Shown in pieces: positions 56,309-64,000 of a DNA stretch of 64,000 nucleotides. The position numbers and the translations under genes are program-made. Where the stretch lies: contig JBKQMT010000030.1 in the NCBI GenBank assembly GCA_052146595.1, positions 11,687-75,686 on the forward strand, in the 5' to 3' direction. The notes under the pieces were generated by a model. That model did no database searches. It worked only from the letters and a program-made list of their open reading frames with translations, and was not told the DNA's origin. Position 1 is the stretch's first letter, and each line of letters starts with the position of its first letter. This DNA comes from Acidimicrobiales bacterium. GTDB lineage: Bacteria; Actinomycetota; Acidimicrobiia; Acidimicrobiales; Bog-793.

Positions 56309-57820
56309 TTGTCCCCCACCTTTGCCGATCTTGGCGTGCCCGCGGATCTGATCGCGCTCCTCGAGCGCGAAGGGATCACAACGCCATTTCCGATCCAGGA
56401 GGCGACTCTTCCCGACGCCCTCGCCGGTCGCGACGTGTCGGGCCGGGCACCTACCGGCTCCGGCAAGACCCTCGCCTTCGCGATCGCCGCCGTAGAGGCA
56501 CTCGCGGGACGGTCGCGCTCTAGAGCCGGACGACCTCGAGGCCTTGTCCTCGTTCCCACCCGGGAGTTGGCTGCTCAGGTCTGCGGAGTGATCGGTCCTC
56601 TTGCCAAGGCGCGGAGCCTTTCGGTGGCGGCCGTGTACGGCGGTGCCGGCTATGGCCCTCAACTCCGCGCCCTTCGCGCGGCGGTCGATATCTTGGTCGC
56701 CTGTCCCGGCAGGCTCGAGGACCTCATCGACAGGCGCGACGTGACCCTGCAGGATGTGAGCATCGTTGTCGTCGACGAGGCCGACCGCATGGCGGACATG
56801 GGTTTCCTGCCAGCAGTGCGGCGAATCCTCGATCAGGCCGCGGCCGATCGCCAGGTGCTCTTGTTCTCCGCCACCCTGGACGGCGAGGTGAACGTCCTCG
56901 TTCGCCACTATCAGCGCAATCCGGTGCGTCACGAGGTCCAGTTGACGGAGGCTACCTCTGGCGAAGTGCGCCATCACTTCTGGAAGGTCGAGCGTCACGA
57001 TCGCGTGGCGCTCGCCGCGAAGGTGGTAGCCGGTCACGAGACGGCGATCGTGTTCTGCCGCACCCGCCACGGCGCCGATCGGCTTTCACGCCAACTGGCC
57101 GGGGCGGGAGTGCGTGCCGTGGCGCTGCACGGAAGTCGTACTCAAGCCCAACGCGACCGTGCCCTTCAGGCTTTTCACTCGGGAGCCGCCCGGGTGCTCG
57201 TCGCCACGGACGTCGCGGCACGCGGCATTCACGTCGAGAACGTCGCCTGCGTGCTCCACTTCGACCCGCCGGGCGATCACAAGGACTACGTCCATCGTTC
57301 TGGTCGCACGGGCCGTGCGGGCGCGGATGGCACAGTGATCTCACTCGTCACCCCGGACCAGGCCGGTGCGACACGATCCATTCAGCGCGCGCTCGGGTTT
57401 CCTCAGACCCTCGAGCGGCCTGCTTTCCTCGCGGCGGTCCCACAGCGTGCGAGCTCGAGCGCGTCTAGCGAAGTCCCGGCAGGCACGGGGACCTCTCCGC
57501 GCCCGGCAGCGGCTGCCGAATCAGATCGCCGAAGAGGCCCTGGGCGAGCTGCTCGTCCGGTTCGTGCCGGGTACCTGCACGCCTCAAAGCGCGACTCGCG
57601 CAGCCGCCGGTCGCTGCGGCCGGCGACCGGGACCGTGAAGTGGTTCGATCCCGTCAGGGGTTTCGGTTTCATCGCCCCGGACACCGGTGGCCGGGACGTG
57701 TTCGTGCACCGTTCGGCCTTGAGCGACGCCGATCAGCCACCAGCCGAGGGGGCACGCGTCGAGTTCCTCTCCCGCCCGGGACCGAAGGGGCTCGAGGCCG
57801 TGGAGCTGCGCGCCGGCTGA
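56309..57820 (+). CDS. DEAD-box RNA helicase with C-terminal cold-shock domain
   Basis: PFPIQ, GSGKT, PTRELA, DEAD, SAT, ARGIHV, HRSGRTGR; GTVKWFDPVRGFGFI...DVFVH. Confidence 0.95.
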   Translation: MSPTFADLGVPADLIALLEREGITTPFPIQEATLPDALAGRDVSGRAPTGSGKTLAFAIAAVEALAGRSRSRAGRPRGLVLVPTRELAAQVCGVIGPLAKARSLSVAAVYGGAGYGPQLRALRAAVDILVACPGRLEDLIDRRDVTLQDVSIVVVDEADRMADMGFLPAVRRILDQAAADRQVLLFSATLDGEVNVLVRHYQRNPVRHEVQLTEATSGEVRHHFWKVERHDRVALAAKVVAGHETAIVFCRTRHGADRLSRQLAGAGVRAVALHGSRTQAQRDRALQAFHSGAARVLVATDVAARGIHVENVACVLHFDPPGDHKDYVHRSGRTGRAGADGTVISLVTPDQAGATRSIQRALGFPQTLERPAFLAAVPQRASSSASSEVPAGTGTSPRPAAAAESDRRRGPGRAARPVRAGYLHASKRDSRSRRSLRPATGTVKWFDPVRGFGFIAPDTGGRDVFVHRSALSDADQPPAEGARVEFLSRPGPKGLEAVELRAG

Positions 57821-57863
57821 ACGGCCTCCGGCGGAAAGGCTCCGAGGGCGCACAACTCCGCCG

Positions 57864-59168
57864 TCAACTCGTGCCAGGCTCCGGTGCCGGCTTGGTGCCA
57901 AGCACGAGTGAGACAATCGTCCGCACCCGGCCCCGGTACAGCTCGACCGCGACTCGTTCGCCGGGATGACCTGCTCGCACGGCCGCGGTGAGAGCCACGT
58001 CGTTGCCGATGGCACGCCCGGCGAAGCTGACGATGACGTCGCCCACTCGGATTCCTGCCATTGCGGCCGGGGCATCTGGGAACAGGCCCACTACCAGTGC
58101 ACCCTTGGCGGGGCTGATCCCATAAGTGGAGCGGTTGGCGGGAGTGACCGACACGACTTCGACGCCCAGGAACGCCTTCGGCGTCCCGATCGTGCCCCCG
58201 TTGCGGAGCCCGGGCAAGAGTGCCTTGATGCTCCCGATCGGGATCGCGAATCCGATGTTCTGGGTGGGTGCCTCGCCGGCTGAGGTCGTAGCGGCCGCTG
58301 TGTTCATGCCAATGACTTGCCCGCCAGCATCGACGAGCGGGCCGCCCGAGTTGCCCGCATTGATCGCCGCCTGGGTCTGCAAGAGGCCTTTCAGCGACTC
58401 GGTTCCGCCGCAGTCTTCCCCTCCTGCTCTGATGGATCTTCCCTTCGCGGAGATGATCCCTTCGGTGACCGAGGGAGTGCTCTCGGAAAGGGCGAGCGCG
58501 TTACCGATAGCGAGAACGTCCTCCCCGACCCGAATATCTCCTGGCTCCCCCAACGACACCGCTCTTACCGACCTCGAGCCGTGCAACTGGAGCAGTGCGA
58601 CGTCATCGCTCGGGTCAGTGCCGACGAGGGTTGCCGGATAAACCTTCTTGTCGCCGTAGAGGGTGACCTTGATCTCGGTTGCGTCCGCTATGACGTGGTT
58701 GTTCGTGAGAATCTCGCCGCTCTGGGTAAGGATCATCCCGGTGCCTTCGTCGAGCTCATTCGTACCGTTCAGCACTCCTGAAGCGCAGCCGGGTCCCACC
58801 GCTTGGATCGCCACCACCGAAGGAAGGACCCGCGCGAGTACGGTCTTCACATTGCTCATGTGCTGGAACACGCTCGTGTTCGGAGAGAACTTGACGGTCG
58901 TCGTGTCGTGAGCGTGGATCACTGCGGCAACTCCTGCGCCAACGCCCAGTCCGGTCCCAGTACCAACCAAGAGGGCCACGAACACAACCCCGATCCATCC
59001 CCGGAGCGTCTCGCCCCCGCGGCGTCTCCCGGTCGCCACGGAGGGAGCCGGTTCGGTCGAAGACGGGCTCGCCGGGGATGGAACAGGAGTTGTCTGAGGC
59101 ACTGTACCTGGGGACGCGGCTGGCAAGACCCCTTTCTCGCAGGACCCTTCGTCGGTGTCGCGTTCCAT
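57864..59168 (-). CDS. HtrA-like serine protease (TM, trypsin, PDZ)
   Basis: TNNHV, DDVALL, GNSGGPL, PDZ; ATG at 59168. Confidence 0.93.
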   Translation of the reverse strand: MERDTDEGSCEKGVLPAASPGTVPQTTPVPSPASPSSTEPAPSVATGRRRGGETLRGWIGVVFVALLVGTGTGLGVGAGVAAVIHAHDTTTVKFSPNTSVFQHMSNVKTVLARVLPSVVAIQAVGPGCASGVLNGTNELDEGTGMILTQSGEILTNNHVIADATEIKVTLYGDKKVYPATLVGTDPSDDVALLQLHGSRSVRAVSLGEPGDIRVGEDVLAIGNALALSESTPSVTEGIISAKGRSIRAGGEDCGGTESLKGLLQTQAAINAGNSGGPLVDAGGQVIGMNTAAATTSAGEAPTQNIGFAIPIGSIKALLPGLRNGGTIGTPKAFLGVEVVSVTPANRSTYGISPAKGALVVGLFPDAPAAMAGIRVGDVIVSFAGRAIGNDVALTAAVRAGHPGERVAVELYRGRVRTIVSLVLGTKPAPEPGTS

Positions 59169-59277
59169 GGTTGAGGTTGTAGCGCGTTGGCGGAGAGCCC
59201 GCGCCGCGCGGCCGTTGGAGCCCTCGGGAGGGCTCCCGCTTCGCAACCGCGCCCGCAGAGGGTAGTTTGACCGGAGC

Positions 59278-61197
59278 ATGCCTAATCGTCTCGACATCGA
59301 ATTGACCAGCGCCCGGGGAGACGGCAGCTACACCTGGCGCGCCGCCGGAGCGCGGCAGCCCAAAGGTGTCATCGATGGCAAGCTCCTCTCCGACAGCGCC
59401 AAGGTGGGAGATGTCTTGCGCGTCGAGGCCGAGGTCGAGATAGATGGGATCACGATCCTGTCGGTGCTTCCCCCGAAAGAGAAGGCGACGCCGGCGGGGC
59501 GCATCGAGTTGATCGGGTCTTCGAAGCCAGTTCCGGCGGTCACGACGGTGCTTGTTTCGGAGGGTGGACACGGCCGGGGCGATCGCCGTGACCTTCTCGA
59601 CAGTCCGCGTCGCGGCGATCGAAGCGGAACGCGTGATCGTCGACCGTCGCGTGGCGGAGAACGCCCGGAGACTCGCCGGCCGCCGTCTGCTGAGGCCGTC
59701 AGCGAAGCGAGCGAGCGGCGCCCTGAGCGCCGTCCTCGGGCGGAAGACTTGCAGGCGAGGGGTTCTTCCTCGGCCGCCTCTTCTACCGCCGCAAGCCGTC
59801 CTGCGCGCCCTGTCGGCGAGCGGCGCCCTGAGCGCCGTCCTCGGGCGGAAGGAGCCCCCGCAAGCGGTTCCTCTCCTACCGGTAGAGCCCCTGGCGGTCA
59901 GGGACGCCCAAGAACCCCCACAACCGGTGGACCTCGTTCTGGAGCACCTGCTGGCGAGCGAGCCCGCACGGACTCACGGCAACCCGCGGCTGTGCGCTCT
60001 GCTCAGCAGACCGCTCCGCGCCGGACTGCCCCGCGGTTCGAACCGGGCACAGCACATCGCGATGTCTTGTTCGCAAGCCTGGCGCCTGAGCAACGACCCA
60101 TCGCCGAGCGACTCGCTGCCGGCGGAATACCGGCCGTCCGTAGGGCGATCGCCGAAGAGCGCGAGCGCGCTCGCTCCGAAGGCAGGCCCGAGCTCTCGGG
60201 TGAGGCGATCCTCGCCCTCGCCGAGCAAATCGCGTCATCCGTCAAGCAGGCGATCTGGCTGGACCGAGCTGAAGCAGCGGTTGCACAGCTCGAACAGCTT
60301 TCCCTCCGAGACTTGAGAACGACGGTTGCGGCCGCAGCGCCGCGTGACGAGACGGCCAGGGAGCTGGACCGCAAGCTCCGCGAGGAGCTCGACCGGCGGG
60401 TAAAGAAGCTTCGTTCCAACTGGGAAGAACAGATCACCCATGCCCTCGAAGAAGGTCGGGTCCTCCAGGCGCTTCGTTTCTCCGCGCAGCCCCCGGAGCC
60501 GACGGCTCGGTTCCCAGCGGCACTCGTCGAGCGGCTAGCGAGCAGCGCGAGCGCCGCAATGACCGCGACCTCTCCGGTCGAACGCTGGCTGGCCGTTCTC
60601 GATGCCGCAGTCGCGTCGCCGATCCGACGTCAGATCCACCCTGAAGGTATGCCGCAGGATCCCTCGGGAGAGGTCGTCCGCAAAGCCCGGCTGGCGGCGG
60701 GCAGTATCCCAGCCCTGGCGCCGATGGTTGGTCTGTCTATGCCACCGCCACCCAAGCCGATTCGGACGAGTCGCCCTCCGCGTCCGCTTCGCCCTCCAGC
60801 ACGCGCCTCGAGGCGAGTCGCTCCGCCGACCGCGCCGCCAGCTGCCTCGGCGACCGAGCCGGGACCCGCCCTGGCGACCGACGAGACAGCAGCAGCCGGT
60901 GCCTTGCCAGAGTCGTTGCACGAAGCGGTTAGCGCCGCCTTGGTGGAAGAGGCCGCACTGCCTGAGGCCGCACTTCCTGAGGCTGCGCTGCCCGAGGCCG
61001 CACTTCCTGAGGCAGCGCCCGAGGCCGCACTGTCTGAGGCCACAGTCGACGAGGCCGCGCCGGAACCCGCTGCAGAGGAAGCCGAGCCGGAGGCCACAGC
61101 CGACAAGGCCGTGCCGGAACCCGCTGCAGAGGAAGCCGAGCCGGAGGGCCCTCTGGAAGCACGTCAGGAGGCTCCCGCCGACTCGTCGAGCTCCTGA
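59278..61197 (+). CDS. Hypothetical protein with low-complexity linker and acidic repeat tail
   Basis: Globular N-terminus (DIELTSARGDGSYTWRAAGARQPKG), helical core, EAALP repeats. Confidence 0.8.
   Translation: MPNRLDIELTSARGDGSYTWRAAGARQPKGVIDGKLLSDSAKVGDVLRVEAEVEIDGITILSVLPPKEKATPAGRIELIGSSKPVPAVTTVLVSEGGHGRGDRRDLLDSPRRGDRSGTRDRRPSRGGERPETRRPPSAEAVSEASERRPERRPRAEDLQARGSSSAASSTAASRPARPVGERRPERRPRAEGAPASGSSPTGRAPGGQGRPRTPTTGGPRSGAPAGERARTDSRQPAAVRSAQQTAPRRTAPRFEPGTAHRDVLFASLAPEQRPIAERLAAGGIPAVRRAIAEERERARSEGRPELSGEAILALAEQIASSVKQAIWLDRAEAAVAQLEQLSLRDLRTTVAAAAPRDETARELDRKLREELDRRVKKLRSNWEEQITHALEEGRVLQALRFSAQPPEPTARFPAALVERLASSASAAMTATSPVERWLAVLDAAVASPIRRQIHPEGMPQDPSGEVVRKARLAAGSIPALAPMVGLSMPPPPKPIRTSRPPRPLRPPARASRRVAPPTAPPAASATEPGPALATDETAAAGALPESLHEAVSAALVEEAALPEAALPEAALPEAALPEAAPEAALSEATVDEAAPEPAAEEAEPEATADKAVPEPAAEEAEPEGPLEARQEAPADSSSS
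60949..61143 (+). repeat. Coding tandem repeats
   Basis: 15-bp EAALP-type units from 60949 to 61035; 54-bp unit x2 (61036, 61090). Confidence 0.9.
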
Positions 61198-61412
61198 AGG
61201 CCCCAGCCGTACCCGGAATGCCCCTCGGGTTGCGCGACAGCGCACGGCGGCTCACAGGTGGCCGGGGTTGCGGGCTACTGCCGGGCGAAAGCGGCTCCGG
61301 TTGCGGGCGATGCTGGAGCGGGAAAGAGCGCGCGCACGACGCCTCTCGGGCCATGCGGGCCGGCCCGTCTTGGAGCGACGGCCGTCATCCCATGCACGCC
61401 TTCACCCTGGTA

Positions 61413-61883
61413 TCAGCTCAGCCTTCGGTGCATGACAAGCAGGCGTGCAACGAAACCCGCGCCTTCGAGGAAATTCTTCGCTTCCCTTGCACCAGGGAGC
61501 ACCGGTACGTCAAGTCCGGTGGCCGCGCCTCGCCCAGCCCAATCGACCACGGCCTCGAGAAGCTTCTCGCCGACACCCACCTCGCGGGCGGGCGGATCGA
61601 CATAGAGGACCTCGACGATGGCGAGGTGGGACGAGTCCGGCAGCTCCTCGAGTCGGGCGACGGCCGTTCCAACCGGCACGTCGTCGAGCGTGCCTAGCAG
61701 GACCAGCCGCTGGTCGTCACAGACGATGGCTTCGAAGTGGGCATCGAGAGGCTCGGCGAATGCCTCTTTCAGCAGGTATCTGCTGCCACCTCGTTCGCTC
61801 ACGAGAGATTCCCGGAACCGCCGGTAGAGCTCCACTAGCGCCGGCACGTCGTCTCGGGTGCCAAGACGTGTCTCGACCTGCAT
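61413..61883 (-). CDS. GNAT family acetyltransferase
   Basis: LYVDPPAREVGVGEKLL, AKNFLEGAGF. Confidence 0.88.
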   Translation of the reverse strand: MQVETRLGTRDDVPALVELYRRFRESLVSERGGSRYLLKEAFAEPLDAHFEAIVCDDQRLVLLGTLDDVPVGTAVARLEELPDSSHLAIVEVLYVDPPAREVGVGEKLLEAVVDWAGRGAATGLDVPVLPGAREAKNFLEGAGFVARLLVMHRRLS

Positions 61884-61913
61884 GTTCTGTGACTCTAGGC
61901 GTGCGACGGCAGC

Positions 61914-62516
61914 TCAGGCCGTTGCGCCGTCACGCTCCGCGTTGAGCTGCGCGATCCGGTGCAACACGGTGCGGCGGCGCCGAGTGACCGATTCGTGCTT
62001 GCGCACTGTCTCCAGCTCAGCTGGCGAGAGAGAAGCCAGCCTCTCCACGACCTGTGAGGCAGCTAGCGTGTCGTAGGCGGGGATCGGAAGCTCATTGTCT
62101 TCGGTTCTGCCCACGTGGTGCGCCGATTCAGGGGGCCTCCTCGTGCCGCCGCCGCGGGGGTGGGGCGTTCCTTCAGCTTCATGGGCCTGAGTCGGGAGAG
62201 GACCCTGTGCCGCCTGGGGAGACGACGAAGGTGCCGGGCGGGCTGGCCTCTGCAGCGGAGACCGCGACTCCGCCTGTGAGCGACTGGAAGGCACAGCCTC
62301 GCGAGACTGGCTCGATGGCGGCACTGTGAGGCGTCGGCGAGCCTCGGCGACGGCCAACCTGCCGATCAGCTCCGCGGCACCGATCTGCCTCTCGAAACGC
62401 TCGCGGCCGCGCTCTGCGAGCCGGGGCAGCTCCTCGACGAGGATGGTCGCCGCTCCCAGCGGCGCGTAGACGAGCCAGTCGAGCAGCGTGTCGGAGACGG
62501 GTCGTTCTTCAGCCAC
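61914..62516 (-). CDS. Hypothetical protein with conserved C-terminal helical domain
   Basis: LVYAPLG; LPIPAYDTLAASQVVERL...RRTVLHRIAQL. Confidence 0.75.
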   Translation of the reverse strand: MAEERPVSDTLLDWLVYAPLGAATILVEELPRLAERGRERFERQIGAAELIGRLAVAEARRRLTVPPSSQSREAVPSSRSQAESRSPLQRPARPAPSSSPQAAQGPLPTQAHEAEGTPHPRGGGTRRPPESAHHVGRTEDNELPIPAYDTLAASQVVERLASLSPAELETVRKHESVTRRRRTVLHRIAQLNAERDGATA

Positions 62517-62561
62517 GAGACGACGCTACTGCCAGGCTCACCAGGACCTGACGCGCTCTGC

Positions 62562-63056
62562 TCATACGCAGTCTCGGCAGAGGAGGCGCTTTTTGTCTGC
62601 GAGCTGCGTCTGGCTCTTGACGAGGAAACAGGACCGGCAGACGAACTCTCCAGGCTGCTTGGGCAGCACGCGAAGAGCACCCTCCCCGCGGTCCTCCGAA
62701 TCGGGCGCCTCCTCCTCTTCGTCCTCGTCTTCGTCGACGACGACCAGGCGTTCTTTCAAGATCACATCAAGGCTCGCTTCGACGTCGTCATCGTCGAGGT
62801 CATCGTCGTCCTCGTCTTCGCTCTCGATCGCCGCCATGTCGCCCTCGGCGACGACACCGATGGGGACCACGTCGTCATCGTCCTCGTCGAGATCGTCGCC
62901 CAGCGCGACGTCACCGAGGTCGTCGTCGTCCTCGTCGTCGAGCAGATCCGCCTCTGCGAGATCGTCGAGGTCCGCCTCGTCGGCCTCGGGAACCTCCAGA
63001 TCGTCCACCTCGATGGGCTCTTCCAGATCTGCAGTGTCCTTAGTGTCCTTGCGCAT
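62562..63056 (-). CDS. DUF4193 family acidic protein
   Basis: Acidic N-terminus; VLPKQPGEFVCRSCFLVK...CRDC. Confidence 0.9.
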   Translation of the reverse strand: MRKDTKDTADLEEPIEVDDLEVPEADEADLDDLAEADLLDDEDDDDLGDVALGDDLDEDDDDVVPIGVVAEGDMAAIESEDEDDDDLDDDDVEASLDVILKERLVVVDEDEDEEEEAPDSEDRGEGALRVLPKQPGEFVCRSCFLVKSQTQLADKKRLLCRDCV

Positions 63057-63448
63057 AAGCGTCCTTCAAGTGATCGGTGCCGGCTCTCGCGTTGCCCCGG
63101 GGAACCGGTGCCGGGGACGCGGCCGGATGGACTATACGGCACCGATGCTCGGTTCGGACGACTTCCGGCGAGATTCCCGATACTTGCCGGAGGCCGGCGT
63201 TGCGATCGCGGGGCGGCGGCAGGACCCAGGATGCCTTTGGGGCCACCCTTTGTCGCCTGCCCGGGCGATACGCCGGCTTCAGATGCCGGCAGGGGCGTTC
63301 TCTACTCGACTCCTGGGTCCCCACCACTCGCAACACCCCTGGACGCTCTTTGAACAGCCTCCCCTGAATCGGAAGCCGCCCTCGGCTTGAGGGGACCCTC
63401 TAGTTATGACCACTGGGAGAGTGCTCGTCAAGCGGAAACGAGAAGTCC

Positions 63449-63505
63449 CCAGTCAGAGGCTCGAGCCAGCCAGTCAGAGGCTCGAGCCAGCCAGTCAGAG
63501 GCTCG
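63449..63505. repeat. 21-bp tandem repeat (about 2.7 copies) spanning the thyX stop
   Basis: CCAGTCAGAGGCTCGAGCCAG at 63449 and 63470, partial at 63491. Confidence 0.9.
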
Positions 63506-64000
63506 GCCCGATGCCTTGTCGCTTGGACTCCGAGCGCTGTTCCGCCTCGAGGCGACCGAGATCGGTCTCGGTGTGGTCGACAAATCTCATGGCATTCGCG
63601 ATCGCGTGGTGGCCTGCCTGCTCGGCGATTAGCCGGTGCATCTCTTGGACGATCTTCCGGTAAGCGGGATGCCCCTGCGGACCGGAGCGAAGCTCGAGCA
63701 CGTGCATCGCCTCACGGGCGTTCAGCTGCAACAGGAAACGGATGTTGAACGCGAGCGCCACGGCGTACGCGCTCTGCTCGGGGAAGTAAGGGGCGAGGGC
63801 GTCGTGCAGGCTCTTGGAACGCTCCAAGGACTCGAGAAACCGGCCGGAAAGCCCAGCCTCCTCGACGAGCGCGGGCACCTCGAAGCCGAGATCGGTACTG
63901 AGGTGCTGCCACTCGATGGTCAGCATCCGATGGCGCTGGAGGTCCCGGAACGCCCCGTAGTCCGCTACAACGTCGAACCGGTAAGAAGTGCACTCGAGAG
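63495..64000 (-). CDS. thyX: FAD-dependent thymidylate synthase, 3' part (runs off window end)
   Basis: YRFDVVADYGAFRDLQRHRMLT, NAREAMHVLELRS, QGHPAYR. Confidence 0.88.
   Translation of the reverse strand, partial: LECTSYRFDVVADYGAFRDLQRHRMLTIEWQHLSTDLGFEVPALVEEAGLSGRFLESLERSKSLHDALAPYFPEQSAYAVALAFNIRFLLQLNAREAMHVLELRSGPQGHPAYRKIVQEMHRLIAEQAGHHAIANAMRFVDHTETDLGRLEAEQRSESKRQGIGPSL

Noticed and set aside
63449-63505. Possible CRISPR array (also considered 52599-52658 and 60949-61143)
   Set aside because: Head-to-tail repeats without spacers; no cas genes in the window.

Overview
High-GC actinobacterial chromosome segment. Acidimicrobiia/Acidimicrobiales is my inference, from split gcvPA/gcvPB inside a pgsA2-gcvH-garA-ftsR-DUF151-merR cluster, a zinc-ribbon GarA, DUF4193 and a two-domain ThyX. 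1-24 kb is accessory: two STAND-type regulators, alcohol dehydrogenase, an SDR, a full-length rifamycin phosphotransferase (rph) next to an IS21-like left-end remnant, several secreted proteins of unknown function, an MMPL transporter and an aminotransferase. 24-41 kb is mostly core: a DosS-like kinase, the GarA cluster and glycine cleavage genes. 41-54 kb is a second variable region: c-di-GMP genes, a deleted EAL pseudogene, a lipoprotein/LprI/phosphatase trio, a dif-like Xer site, att-like repeats after rlmD and a frameshifted membrane operon. 54-64 kb is core again. The strongest non-coding signals are (1) a family of DosR-like 18-bp boxes, in places spaced exactly 23 bp apart, linking adh, an SRPBCC gene, a novel three-gene secreted cluster and a PNPOx-family gene to an orphan DosS-like kinase; (2) a 28-bp dif-like site; (3) a terminator-like hairpin in the leader of a DEAD-box/cold-shock fusion gene; and (4) a hairpin cluster whose largest loop carries an anti-Shine-Dalgarno sequence. 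I saw no rRNA, tRNA or CRISPR array. All family calls are by motif recognition; no database searches were run.
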